The notes below the pieces were generated by a model. It saw only the letters and a program-made list of their open reading frames with translations, had not been told where the DNA came from and made no database searches. Shown here one piece after another: positions 29,811-39,414 of a stretch of 64,000 bases of DNA. Numbering within the stretch: position 1 is the stretch's first letter; the number at the start of each line of letters is the position of its first letter. Made by a program: the position numbers and the translations under genes. The stretch lies in the IMG/VR virus record IMGVR_UViG_3300031957_002643, positions 1-64,000 of that record; one strand, written 5' to 3'.

Positions 29811-30166
29811 TTATTCATAGGATCAATAGTGATTATCTCGATCACATCAATAAAAACGAATCCGAGTTCCTTTCAGGGCAGTTCGAGGCTATTCTGTCTC
29901 ATCATGTATCAATAGACAATATAGAGAAATCTCTTTCCGGTTTTAAGCGGGTGGTGCACAAGTACAGAAACTTTATGAATGTTGAGCCGTCTATGAACTG
30001 TTATGTGGATTACGATTACTTCAACATTACAATTTCTATCGTTGGTGAAACATTCAATTGTGCATTCAAGGTGTTTGTGGATGCCAATTTGGATAGCACT
30101 CTAGCATTATTGCGAAATCTTAATGATTTTGAAAATGAGACATTCAAAGAGTACTACAATGCTTAG
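29807..30166 (+). CDS. E18-family paralog 21
   Basis: MIIHRINSDYLDHINKNE. Confidence 0.7.
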   Translation: MIIHRINSDYLDHINKNESEFLSGQFEAILSHHVSIDNIEKSLSGFKRVVHKYRNFMNVEPSMNCYVDYDYFNITISIVGETFNCAFKVFVDANLDSTLALLRNLNDFENETFKEYYNA

Positions 30167-30515
30167 AGATATGATTAAAGACAACCACATCCGATCAATT
30201 AATGATGATGAAGTCAAATTCTTTACCAATCATTTTCGATCTATTTTGGTCAATCACTTGAGCAATAACGAGAGTTCATTTTTGCTTTTTAAGTTGAAAA
30301 TAATTTTATGCACAATTTCCCATTTCGGAGAAATTGAACCACTAATGTCATGCACACGTGGTGAGGACAAGCCTAATTCGATACGGATAATAGTGACGGG
30401 TGAAACGTTTAATAGCGGCATTCATCTAGACATTACTGATGTATGTGATAAGAATAAGCTGATGGAAGAACTGGTTGAATTTTCTAAAGGCAAATTCAAA
30501 GAGTATTACTCATGA
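30159..30515 (+). CDS. E18-family paralog 22
   Basis: MLRDMIKDNHIRSINDDE. Confidence 0.7.
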   Translation: MLRDMIKDNHIRSINDDEVKFFTNHFRSILVNHLSNNESSFLLFKLKIILCTISHFGEIEPLMSCTRGEDKPNSIRIIVTGETFNSGIHLDITDVCDKNKLMEELVEFSKGKFKEYYS

Positions 30516-30874
30516 TCACTAATTTGCTATACTATGATGCTCTTAGTAACGTATATCACGATGAAAGAGCTTTCGTTCTTTGGAATATTGCGGAAATCAT
30601 AACCAAACACAAAGGTAAACTTGCCGCACAGATGTTCATTAACACTTATTTGTATGGTCGATATGCTACTAGACAACTTATGACACACGACGAAATCAGT
30701 TTGTGTTTTGTATGGCCAAATATTCACAAAGATTACATTATTGCAATCATTCATTGTGAGGTTTATCGTACTCGTATTGAAATCGGTACCGAATATATGT
30801 CTAATCCTGACGACTTTATTGTAGACCTTTGGGAATTCCAACGCAATGAATTCAACAAGAGATATAATAAATGA
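30512..30874 (+). CDS. E18-family paralog 23
   Basis: MITNLLYYDALSNVYHDE. Confidence 0.7.
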   Translation: MITNLLYYDALSNVYHDERAFVLWNIAEIITKHKGKLAAQMFINTYLYGRYATRQLMTHDEISLCFVWPNIHKDYIIAIIHCEVYRTRIEIGTEYMSNPDDFIVDLWEFQRNEFNKRYNK

Positions 30875-31242
30875 TCATCCAAAAAATCATACTTAATCAT
30901 GTAGAAGATGTCGGGAAGAAGGAGATGAGATTTATCGCTGATTGGTTTGGTCACATGATTGAAGAACATACGCAGAAATCAGTAAAAACGAGTGATAGTA
31001 TTTTCAAAGAAATCGAAAGATATAACCGTAGTTGGTACGATCTTAAGAGAACTCCAAAAATAAAGATCGAAGAAAGTCTTTTGAATACGTATGCTATTAT
31101 GATTAGTATTCATAGTCCATACTTTGTCTCAAGTTTTTACATAACTTTGGATATGTTTGGTGATTGTGATTACGATGCGTTCATGGATGAGGTGAACCGG
31201 TTCGCTGCAATCGACTATAAGGATTATCATGATGCTTTGTGA
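30871..31242 (+). CDS. E18-family paralog 24
   Basis: MIIQKIILNHVEDVGKKE. Confidence 0.7.
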   Translation: MIIQKIILNHVEDVGKKEMRFIADWFGHMIEEHTQKSVKTSDSIFKEIERYNRSWYDLKRTPKIKIEESLLNTYAIMISIHSPYFVSSFYITLDMFGDCDYDAFMDEVNRFAAIDYKDYHDAL

Positions 31243-31597
31243 TTTGGTGAGACGAGAACACATCGTATCTTTGGCATATGATGAAGCAGCACATATGGCC
31301 AGAAAGTTGGTGCTCATAGACAACAAGTATAAGACACGTAAAGATTTGACGTTTGATGATGTCATGGAATCCATGGAGGGGTGGGATAGTTTGTGTTTCG
31401 ATTCCTACGTCATACCAGAAATAACTATTATTAAAGTAGGCGGAACAAGTATTAATGTCAGATACAGAGGCAATCTGATTCGAGGAGATATATTCGTCAA
31501 CTCCTGTCTTCTTGGGTATTCCAAGTATAAGGAATTGATGTGGGAGCTTATTGCGTTTTCAGGTGATGCATTCACGGATTATCACAATGCTTCGTAA
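31232..31597 (+). CDS. E18-family paralog 25
   Basis: MLCDLVRREHIVSLAYDE (second ATG of tandem MM). Confidence 0.7.
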   Translation: MLCDLVRREHIVSLAYDEAAHMARKLVLIDNKYKTRKDLTFDDVMESMEGWDSLCFDSYVIPEITIIKVGGTSINVRYRGNLIRGDIFVNSCLLGYSKYKELMWELIAFSGDAFTDYHNAS

Positions 31598-31955
31598 CGT
31601 CATCGCAAATCAGTATATTCGCACTATGGTAATGGACGAAGTACGTTTTGTGTCAGAACATATATGTGAATTAGTGAACAAAGTGTTATCTAATCACAAA
31701 TATAATTTGGATGTGAATTTCACAGTAGACACCTTTTTAGATCAAGGCCATATTGGTATATTTGGTCTGAACCCTAATTTGACTATATCGCAGTCTGCAC
31801 GACAACAACTATACATCAAATTGAGCGGTCCCGTTTTTATTTCTGAGGTCAAATGGAACCTTGGTGTTCTCACCGAGAATGAGTTCAATAAGACTATCAG
31901 AAAGCTCAATATATTTGCCGCGAATGAATTCAGATATTATCACAATGCTTCGTAA
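31587..31955 (+). CDS. E18-family paralog 26
   Basis: MLRNVIANQYIRTMVMDE. Confidence 0.7.
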   Translation: MLRNVIANQYIRTMVMDEVRFVSEHICELVNKVLSNHKYNLDVNFTVDTFLDQGHIGIFGLNPNLTISQSARQQLYIKLSGPVFISEVKWNLGVLTENEFNKTIRKLNIFAANEFRYYHNAS

Positions 31956-32316
31956 TGTCATCATACATGAATACGCCAAGCATATGGCACAGAGAGAATT
32001 AATATTCGTATTCACAATCATTGCCCAAATCATGGACAAGTATTTTTATGACCCTATGGACAGGGTAGACGTGGAATTCGCTGTAACGAAAATGATGGAC
32101 AAGGGCAGTTTCGGCCTTCGTGACATCCAACCACGGTTGAGTATTATACATCGCAAGACTGACAAATTCATTATCGGAATAGATAGTCCATTCATACAGT
32201 CGCACACTAATTTTTGGTGCCCTAGTCTAACCATAGAAGAAGCGAACAGTATGAATGAAGAATTGCAAACCTTCGCTGATAATGAGTTCCTAGATTACCA
32301 CGGACTTGTATCTTGA
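31945..32316 (+). CDS. E18-family paralog 27
   Basis: MLRNVIIHEYAKHMAQRE. Confidence 0.7.
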   Translation: MLRNVIIHEYAKHMAQRELIFVFTIIAQIMDKYFYDPMDRVDVEFAVTKMMDKGSFGLRDIQPRLSIIHRKTDKFIIGIDSPFIQSHTNFWCPSLTIEEANSMNEELQTFADNEFLDYHGLVS

Positions 32317-32333
32317 GATATGCCTTCCGGTCA

Positions 32334-32339
32334 TAAATA
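32334..32339 (+). promoter_or_regulatory. putative late promoter (TAAATA), 5 nt before ATG
   Basis: CATAAATAtcgggATG at the boundary between two arrays. Confidence 0.65.
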
Positions 32340-32344
32340 TCGGG

Positions 32345-33067
32345 ATGGTCCACTCTCTACGCAAATACTTGATTGAAAACGAACACCAACAAGGAACATA
32401 CGAATCCTATGTGGCGTATTTCGAGAACTTGGACTACACCAAGAAATCCACCATTGAAAAACTAAAACTTCCATTCCCACCTGCCAACCAAAGAGAAACT
32501 ATGTTTAACAAAGATGGGTATGAAATGGATGGAGGGTATGAAATTTTTGATAATAGTATCATCAGGAAGCCATACATCACCATGAAGATTATTCCAAAGG
32601 ACAAAATCCGATATGGCATAATGCTTGAATTCAATATCAAAACTCACAAATTGGACCAGTGTATTCTTCTTAATCCAAAACGTTCATATGCAACACAAAC
32701 AAATATTAAAGATTGCGCGGTTCAATACCATGCTGGCAATTTTTACTTCAACAGTAATGGTCAACTGGTTCCTAATATTGGATATCACATTTTACAAACA
32801 CTGGTCAGGGACTACCAGCGAAAAACATTTTATAGTGTGCTGAAGAACCGAGAAGACCATATCAACAATAATATTCTTCCTATGATTCAAGGTTTGATCG
32901 ACAATGAGTATTTGTCATTGAAACAGGCCAAGTATTATATGAATGAGATTGCCGAAGAATCTGCAACATATTGGAAACACCAAGACCCATCTCATGGTGA
33001 AACGTTTGAAGAAGCGATTGAAGACTTCCGTAGATTGATGAGGGAGGCTACTCGTGCGCTTACGTAG
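32345..33067 (+). CDS. putative virion-internal protein (MVHSLRKYLIE)
   Basis: Start adjusted; paralog of the next two ORFs (GTYE.Y..YF..LD...KS...L.LPFPPAN). Confidence 0.7.
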   Translation: MVHSLRKYLIENEHQQGTYESYVAYFENLDYTKKSTIEKLKLPFPPANQRETMFNKDGYEMDGGYEIFDNSIIRKPYITMKIIPKDKIRYGIMLEFNIKTHKLDQCILLNPKRSYATQTNIKDCAVQYHAGNFYFNSNGQLVPNIGYHILQTLVRDYQRKTFYSVLKNREDHINNNILPMIQGLIDNEYLSLKQAKYYMNEIAEESATYWKHQDPSHGETFEEAIEDFRRLMREATRALT

Positions 33068-33743
33068 CATTGTGGAGGGTGAGGCACCCGAAGGCACTCT
33101 TGAAGCCTACACGGCGTATTTTAACGGGTTGGACCTCCGTAAGAAATCCGTGTTGGATAATATCAGATTACCGTTCCCACCAGCTAATGAAAGTGAAGCC
33201 ACTTATCGGCTTCACGGTCGATTGGGACCATTTTATGAAGTTGATGATTCAACTTATCGATTGCGGCTTAATCTCGAATACCAAGACATGGATCGCATCT
33301 ATATGGAGTTTTATGAGGACAGTGATCATCCTTATATTTTCAAATTCAAAGAAAAGGTGGATGGTACTGCGAAAGAAGTTCGTTGGTTCGAGAATGGTGA
33401 ACGCCAATATCGTTTCAAATCAACGAGACATATGGAGCACAGCGTTATCAACCACTTAGAACATATGCTTGATTATTGGATTGAGATTAGTCCCAATAAT
33501 GGAGGCATTGAATATGTGATGAAGGGGCAAGCATTTTTGGTGAAGTATGCATCGGAACTCATGTCTCTCAAGGAAAATGAATTTATAGATAGTCGTACTG
33601 CTAGTAGATGCATTGAAGCTGCTATCGATAAAGTAGAAGACGCATTGAATAGATTAGTGAATGATGATGTACTTGAGAAGAATGCTCGTCATGTGAAGGA
33701 ACTCAAAGCAACGTATGAGAAGGTGCGTCATGCGGTTGCGTAA
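33054..33743 (+). CDS. putative virion-internal protein (MRLRSIVE)
   Basis: GGAGG RBS; paralog family. Confidence 0.7.
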   Translation: MRLRSIVEGEAPEGTLEAYTAYFNGLDLRKKSVLDNIRLPFPPANESEATYRLHGRLGPFYEVDDSTYRLRLNLEYQDMDRIYMEFYEDSDHPYIFKFKEKVDGTAKEVRWFENGERQYRFKSTRHMEHSVINHLEHMLDYWIEISPNNGGIEYVMKGQAFLVKYASELMSLKENEFIDSRTASRCIEAAIDKVEDALNRLVNDDVLEKNARHVKELKATYEKVRHAVA

Positions 33744-34527
33744 TATTGTAGAAGCTGAGCAGAAGCGTGGTTCCTTTGAAGACTTTTATGAGTACTTCAC
33801 CAGTATGGATTTGACACATAAATCTGTGCTGGAAAGTCTTCGTCTTCCCTTTTCTACCGCCAACGATAGTGAGATCATCTATAAACAAGATGGCACACGA
33901 ACCGATAGTTACTTCCACTATGGAAATATTATACGTTTTGTATACAGGAAACTCACATCTCCTCATTATGATCAAATTTTAATGGAGTTCGAATTAGACG
34001 GCAGTCTTAGAAAAATCGATTTCAGAAAACATGATTCTCATGGTTATACGTCATATCGGGCAGGTGATATAATGGCTGTGATGTTCGATACACGTGACGG
34101 GCGGCCTATGGTTACTATAAAAAATACAACAGGTAATTCCTCAGATGATTACTTTATGAATGAAATTCGTACTAAGGGCATTGATGATTTTGTTAGCTAC
34201 GTTTATCCCAGCTTCAGAGAAACCGAAAACAATTATGCAGACACACCAGTATGGTTAGAAAGATCACAGGAATTCTTGAGCCGATTACTGGATGCCGGGT
34301 ATATCACAAAAGAAGATGCAATTAATGCGATTGATCAGATTCGTGCGAAGGTTGATCAAATAGAAGACCTATTCATTAATAAAATAGGTCTTGATGATTT
34401 TGGTATCTATTCAACTAATAGTGGAAAGTATCAAAAGGAAATTGAAGACGATCCGGTAGCTCATTTTAACAGGCTCAAAGCTGAAATCGACGCCAAGTTC
34501 AAGGAGGTGTATGATGCGTTTGTCTAA
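33730..34527 (+). CDS. putative virion-internal protein (MRLRNIVE)
   Basis: Start adjusted; paralog family. Confidence 0.7.
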   Translation: MRLRNIVEAEQKRGSFEDFYEYFTSMDLTHKSVLESLRLPFSTANDSEIIYKQDGTRTDSYFHYGNIIRFVYRKLTSPHYDQILMEFELDGSLRKIDFRKHDSHGYTSYRAGDIMAVMFDTRDGRPMVTIKNTTGNSSDDYFMNEIRTKGIDDFVSYVYPSFRETENNYADTPVWLERSQEFLSRLLDAGYITKEDAINAIDQIRAKVDQIEDLFINKIGLDDFGIYSTNSGKYQKEIEDDPVAHFNRLKAEIDAKFKEVYDAFV

Positions 34528-35239
34528 TATCATTGAAGCAACAGGACTTACCTTTGAACAACTTGTTGACGTGTTCCGCAATGCGAATATCAAAACGGTT
34601 GAAGACATCCAAAAATTCAGGTTGAAGAAAAGCATGATCCCAAATCAGAGTGTTTACCTCTTTGATAAAAATGGACGAAATAAAGGTGAGTATGCCGCTC
34701 GTACTTTTAACTTTTATGTAGGTGATGAGGAGGCCGAGAACAATATTCTTGAAGTCTACACGAATGCGGAAGAAGGGTTCAATAAATTTGATTACGATTT
34801 GATCACTGATCGGTTACTTCGTGCTGCTAGGTTTAAGCCCTATACGACAGAGCTTGGAGATATCGTTATTGGTTCGGATCATAAAACTATTACAGATCAG
34901 CCTGTAAGCGTTGATTGGTTCCATGGTGAAATGAGATGTCATTGGCCACTAATAGGTACAAACGGACATGACAGAACCATACCATTTGTGTCCTTTGTCA
35001 GACACAATTTTAATACAATTTATGAAAAGAATGATGATTGGGAACAGGCATTCGATTATGTCACCAATGCCTGTAAGAACAATAAAGAATGGGGATTCAT
35101 TGACGGGGATAGGGCTAAAGCTGTTGTTGAAGTCGTAACGGAAATGATGATCAGATATATGAGACAGACAAACGTGGACAGGAAGATCATTGGTGGTGCT
35201 GAACGCAAGAGACAGGAGATGATCGATGAAATCTCTTAA
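34514..35239 (+). CDS. putative virion-internal protein (MRLSNIIE)
   Basis: AGGAGG RBS; LFDKNGR.KG shared with the next two ORFs. Confidence 0.7.
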   Translation: MRLSNIIEATGLTFEQLVDVFRNANIKTVEDIQKFRLKKSMIPNQSVYLFDKNGRNKGEYAARTFNFYVGDEEAENNILEVYTNAEEGFNKFDYDLITDRLLRAARFKPYTTELGDIVIGSDHKTITDQPVSVDWFHGEMRCHWPLIGTNGHDRTIPFVSFVRHNFNTIYEKNDDWEQAFDYVTNACKNNKEWGFIDGDRAKAVVEVVTEMMIRYMRQTNVDRKIIGGAERKRQEMIDEIS

Positions 35240-35924
35240 GACATATCTTGTGGAGACAGAACAAGTGGATGATTTGATGAGTTTCTTCAAAGAAAAGAAG
35301 ATATCTGATCTGAATACATTCAAGGAAATCAGGAAAACTCACACATTTAATACGCCCAATCAGGTATTGCTTTTTGACAGAGATGGTGAGCCTAAAGGTA
35401 ATCAAATCGTTGCTAGGAATTACAATGAATGGAGCGGTCCATATACTTTTGCGGTCTTCATTAATGATCCTTCTCTATCTTACAATACCTTCGAGATCAC
35501 TAATGGGAAACTATTCTCTATGGGTAGAGAATTCATGACCGAGGACGGTTATATTGGAAGACGGTATCATGACAAGGATTACTTGCCGCTCAAAGTAAGT
35601 ATTAACACAAAGTATGATAGCGAGAAAACCATTTGGTTTTTTGATCGCACAGAGATCACAAGGTTTGGAGAATTTATTCAAAAAATTCTATACCATGAAA
35701 TGAAGCATGTATTGAATGATCATGAGAAAGCCTTTGAAGCCGTTAAGAAAGCTGTGACTGTAAATGTCGAAGGCGGCTTTGTGAGTAGAAGTCTTGCAGC
35801 GAGAGTATTGAAGGTGGTGTTGAAAACCCGTTTCCTAAATCGTATTCTTTCAACTGACATGAACCGGGAGAAGATCAAACCTATCATACAAAAGGTGGAG
35901 GACTTGATCAATGAAATCTCTTAA
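35226..35924 (+). CDS. putative virion-internal protein (MKSLKTYLVE)
   Basis: LLFDRDGEPKGNQ. Confidence 0.7.
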   Translation: MKSLKTYLVETEQVDDLMSFFKEKKISDLNTFKEIRKTHTFNTPNQVLLFDRDGEPKGNQIVARNYNEWSGPYTFAVFINDPSLSYNTFEITNGKLFSMGREFMTEDGYIGRRYHDKDYLPLKVSINTKYDSEKTIWFFDRTEITRFGEFIQKILYHEMKHVLNDHEKAFEAVKKAVTVNVEGGFVSRSLAARVLKVVLKTRFLNRILSTDMNREKIKPIIQKVEDLINEIS

Positions 35925-36690
35925 CACTTACCTGTTTGAAGAAACAAAGGTGACTGATCCATTTGAGTTTTTCAAGACTGTGGAAATTAATACATTGGAT
36001 GATTATCTCAAACTTAGAGACAATTACAGATTTGAAGTATCCAATTTCGTTCTCTTGTTTGACAAGAATGGACGCAAGAAGGGTGATCAAGTCATGGAAC
36101 ATAGAAGAGTTAATAAATGGATTCACATCTATCTTGATAACAAGAAGGGTTTCAACAATTTCTACATCAATTTGGATGGAATACTGATTAGGGCTGAGAT
36201 GTCACAAATGGAAGCATCTGATAGAATGACTACGTTCAGAATGACGCCCAATAGATATCTTCCATCATCGATCAATGTGTTTGCTTCAACGGGTGATCCT
36301 GCTGGTTTGACATGCTCATGGGAGACTCGTTCTGTAATCAATCCATTGGATAAATCATTTACCATTTTCAGTAAGTTTGCGAGTTATTATCTTCTATCGG
36401 AACAAACCACAAAATTGGAACAATCGACGGGCGGAATAAAGACATTGGATTTGTTTCTCGAAAGTCTTGAAACGCTTAAAGAGATGGTTGCAGCGAATGT
36501 GGATGCTGGTTTCATTGACTATCTCGATGCGATGGAAGCAGTTAGAGATTTCTCCGATAAGGCGATTGAGAAGACTTCAAGACATGCTATCACTTACGAA
36601 CCAGAGTATAGAGACGAATACAGAGAAATAATCGGCGGTATGGCACGTGCTAGGGACGAATTATTTGCACAATATGAAAGGAATAGGTGA
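35911..36690 (+). CDS. putative virion-internal protein (MKSLNTYLFE)
   Basis: LLFDKNGRKKGDQ. Confidence 0.7.
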   Translation: MKSLNTYLFEETKVTDPFEFFKTVEINTLDDYLKLRDNYRFEVSNFVLLFDKNGRKKGDQVMEHRRVNKWIHIYLDNKKGFNNFYINLDGILIRAEMSQMEASDRMTTFRMTPNRYLPSSINVFASTGDPAGLTCSWETRSVINPLDKSFTIFSKFASYYLLSEQTTKLEQSTGGIKTLDLFLESLETLKEMVAANVDAGFIDYLDAMEAVRDFSDKAIEKTSRHAITYEPEYRDEYREIIGGMARARDELFAQYERNR

Positions 36691-37445
36691 TGGACTTTAT
36701 TGATCAGGCTTATGCTGAATTTAGAAAGCATGATTTCAATGATTTGGAAATCATCAAAAATTATCGTTTCCCATTGAAGATGCCAGAAACGGCATTTAGC
36801 GCGTATCGTTATAGAGATAGTGACGATACAGACATCAAGGCTATCAAATTTTTTGGCACAGCAAAAAACGGACAAACTGGTGCTTTCTTTGTGTTTCCAG
36901 AAGAAAGGGACACGATAGCCGCACAACCAAATGCGTTTGGTGTTTCAATCAATGATGGTAAGCTGTATCGTGTATGTTGGGGTGCAAAATTTGGTCGATA
37001 TGAGCCTGACATCTCTAAAGTAGTATCAGAGAGATATTCTGGACCAGCAGAGATATGGATACAGGCCGATAACGACAAACTCAGTTACAAATGGCGTGTT
37101 GGAACCTATTCGGAAAGTATGAATCCTCCTCGACCATACAGAATGGCGGAACAGATGATTATTCATGAGGTGATACATGAATTTTCAACGGGTGATACGT
37201 GGCGTGCATTTGCGAATGTATCCAACCATTTTCTGACTGTAGAAGCAAAGATCATATTCATGTTTGAAAACTCTTATATTGATATCGATCTTAGAAATGA
37301 ACTTGTCAAAAGTGCATTTAATTGTTCGCTTGAATTATTGAACAATATGGCCGACAAAAAAGACAGTGAGGATCGAAAAAGAGCAGACGAGTACATTAAT
37401 AATTTTATCCGCAAGATCGGACCAATTTTGAAGAAATATAAATAG
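36687..37445 (+). CDS. paralog of the same family lacking the N-terminal tag
   Basis: Shares PN...I..G....V.W, GPA and NSYID segments with neighbours. Confidence 0.65.
   Translation: MMDFIDQAYAEFRKHDFNDLEIIKNYRFPLKMPETAFSAYRYRDSDDTDIKAIKFFGTAKNGQTGAFFVFPEERDTIAAQPNAFGVSINDGKLYRVCWGAKFGRYEPDISKVVSERYSGPAEIWIQADNDKLSYKWRVGTYSESMNPPRPYRMAEQMIIHEVIHEFSTGDTWRAFANVSNHFLTVEAKIIFMFENSYIDIDLRNELVKSAFNCSLELLNNMADKKDSEDRKRADEYINNFIRKIGPILKKYK
37437..37444 (+). promoter_or_regulatory. T4-type late promoter TATAAATA, 4 nt before ATG
   Basis: Exact T4 late consensus. Confidence 0.7.
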
Positions 37446-37448
37446 AAG

Positions 37449-38267
37449 ATGCGTATTCGTTCAATCATCACCGAAGGCATTGTTGCCGATGCCGAAAAGC
37501 TTTATCATGAGATTGAAAAGCTGGTTGAAACCTTTGAGCCTACAGAAGAATGGTTCAAAGTTGCTAATGCTCGTATAGCGCTTCCAAAGACGGAATTTCT
37601 TACATTTGATAAAAATGATAGAATGTATGGTGGTTTGTTCCATTGGAAACAGCCTCATATGAATGTCTTAGTCTGGTTTAAACCTCAGAAAAACCCAGCC
37701 CATAATACACAACCGCCAAATTATATTTCTATAGGGCTGAAATCTGGAAGAATTCGAGAAGTTGGATGGACACAAGCTCCTATCGTTGATGATACTGATG
37801 ACATAAAATTCCACAAAGTGAATGGTCCAGCGGTATTCGAAACCAACTATATGGGCGATCAGATGCGTGTCAGTGGACTATGGTATGTCAATGGGTATTA
37901 TCATTTGCCACGTGATGTAATGAATGCATTGTTCCAATACGCGAAGCATAATAATCCTTTTGTTGATACTTTAGACCATGATGATCGGCTAGGTATACAT
38001 GATGAATTACCATACCCAAAACAATTTGATCTGACAATGAAATGGGTGAAGGAGTTTGTCGATAATGGATATGGTTCTGGTGAAGAAGCTATAAAGGCGA
38101 TGAATGGTACGATCAAAAGAATTGTCAATGATGAACAGCTAACGCTTGACGTTGTTTTCGGCAACGAGGATTCTGATTCTGATGCGAAGAATTGGGATGC
38201 GGGTGTTCAACGTCTAGAAGCTTGGAAAACTGATGCTGAAGCTCGTGTAAGGGAGGCGTTCGCATGA
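37449..38267 (+). CDS. putative virion-internal protein (MRIRSIITE)
   Basis: HKVNGPA; DNGY...EEA. Confidence 0.7.
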   Translation: MRIRSIITEGIVADAEKLYHEIEKLVETFEPTEEWFKVANARIALPKTEFLTFDKNDRMYGGLFHWKQPHMNVLVWFKPQKNPAHNTQPPNYISIGLKSGRIREVGWTQAPIVDDTDDIKFHKVNGPAVFETNYMGDQMRVSGLWYVNGYYHLPRDVMNALFQYAKHNNPFVDTLDHDDRLGIHDELPYPKQFDLTMKWVKEFVDNGYGSGEEAIKAMNGTIKRIVNDEQLTLDVVFGNEDSDSDAKNWDAGVQRLEAWKTDAEARVREAFA

Positions 38268-38806
38268 GATTGAGGCAGCTCGTTGAAAAGAAGAGAACCT
38301 TCAAGACAGAAGCGTATTATGATGCCGATGGGAAATTTCATCGTTTAGATGGGCCAGCTTATGTGTCCTATTACGACAATGGTCAATTGTATCGAGAGGT
38401 TTGGAGGGAACACGGTAGATATAAAAGAGACGATGGCCCGTGCTTGGTTAACTATAGTGTCAACGGAGTACTAACGGAACAGATATGGAATAGTAACGAT
38501 AAGCCCGACGAGGTTCCCACAAAATATATTGATACTGAAACTGGAGGGATTGTCATGTCTTGGGGACTGATAAATCCCCCCTATGAGTTTTACTCACACA
38601 GACTTGATGGACCGGCTGAAATTGTTTGGGATCAGAAGAAAAACGAAATGAGATGTTTCTGGTATATCGACAATTACATGTACGGATATAGAACCAGCAG
38701 TATTAATGAACCACCGCAACAATTCTTGAAACAGAGAGAACATGAAACGGATGATCCATTCCCTGAAAAGGTAAAAGTCTTGTTACCGAATGGAGAATAT
38801 CTATGA
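38264..38806 (+). CDS. HRxDGPA-repeat protein (MRLRQLVE)
   Basis: HRLDGPA twice, RDDGP. Confidence 0.75.
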   Translation: MRLRQLVEKKRTFKTEAYYDADGKFHRLDGPAYVSYYDNGQLYREVWREHGRYKRDDGPCLVNYSVNGVLTEQIWNSNDKPDEVPTKYIDTETGGIVMSWGLINPPYEFYSHRLDGPAEIVWDQKKNEMRCFWYIDNYMYGYRTSSINEPPQQFLKQREHETDDPFPEKVKVLLPNGEYL

Positions 38807-39414
38807 GGTTAAATCAGATCGTTGAATCCAAGAAGAAAAAATTCACGCAAACCGAGATGTACTATGACAAAAACGGCAAAATGCACCGGTTGGATGGTCC
38901 TGCTTATAGCGGGTACAGGTCACACCAGAAATTGGCTAGAGAAGAGTGGTTAATTCATGGAAAACACCATTCTAAAGAACACCCATCTCTTATTTTGTAT
39001 TATCCTAAAGGCACGCCTAATATGGAGGCATGGGATTGGTTTGGTAAAGGGCACCGGTTAGATGGTCCTGCTGTAACATATTATAATCCTGATGGTACCG
39101 TGTCGAAAACCGTATGGTTAAAGGATGGGCAAACTCATAGAGATGAGGATTTACCAGCAGTATACGATTACGAGAATCGAGATTATCAGTGGTATAAAAA
39201 TGAAAATCCGCACCGAGACAATGGTCCTGCTGGTGTTAGAAGGGTGAATGGTCGTTGGTATTATGAGTGGGTATTTCATGGAAATAATTTTGGCGAAACT
39301 GAAGACCCAAATAATCCACCCGGTGCATATTTGGATTATCGAAAAACTTATAACAAAGAACCATTCCCAAAAGAGGTTTGGATCAAGATTGAAGGTGAGC
39401 CAGATTTCTCATGA
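38803..39414 (+). CDS. HRxDGPA-repeat protein (MRLNQIVE)
   Basis: About five repeats (HRLDGPA, HRDEDLPA, HRDNGPA). Confidence 0.75.
   Translation: MRLNQIVESKKKKFTQTEMYYDKNGKMHRLDGPAYSGYRSHQKLAREEWLIHGKHHSKEHPSLILYYPKGTPNMEAWDWFGKGHRLDGPAVTYYNPDGTVSKTVWLKDGQTHRDEDLPAVYDYENRDYQWYKNENPHRDNGPAGVRRVNGRWYYEWVFHGNNFGETEDPNNPPGAYLDYRKTYNKEPFPKEVWIKIEGEPDFS

Larger units (their letters stand above)
22143..32316 (+). repeat. tandem array of 27 divergent paralogous genes (E18 family)
   Basis: All begin M[IL]x[DN-rich]x[ILV] with Glu at position 18; similar lengths (~115-160 aa); almost all have overlapping stop/start codons. Confidence 0.85.

Noticed and set aside
8794-32316. Many short ORFs as a sign of stop-codon recoding or a frameshift-fused polyprotein
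   Set aside because: Core genes are intact in code 11 and all three stops are used. Successive ORFs change frame with mixed overlaps (1, 4, 8, 11 nt), and each has its own conserved N-terminus.
22143-32316. Diversity-generating retroelement, CRISPR array or integron cassettes
   Set aside because: No reverse transcriptase, integrase, template/variable repeat pair, regular DNA repeats or attC-like palindromes seen in this window.
22143-32316. E18 as a gp21 cleavage site
   Set aside because: The residue two before E18 is not consistently I/L, and no late promoter is evident at the array start; kept only as a minor alternative.
22143-32316. MIND/MLRD motif as purely an artefact of ATGA-type overlaps
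   Set aside because: Overlap may bias residues 2-4, but the motif persists in non-overlapping members (22586, 26229) and cannot explain position 6 or E18.
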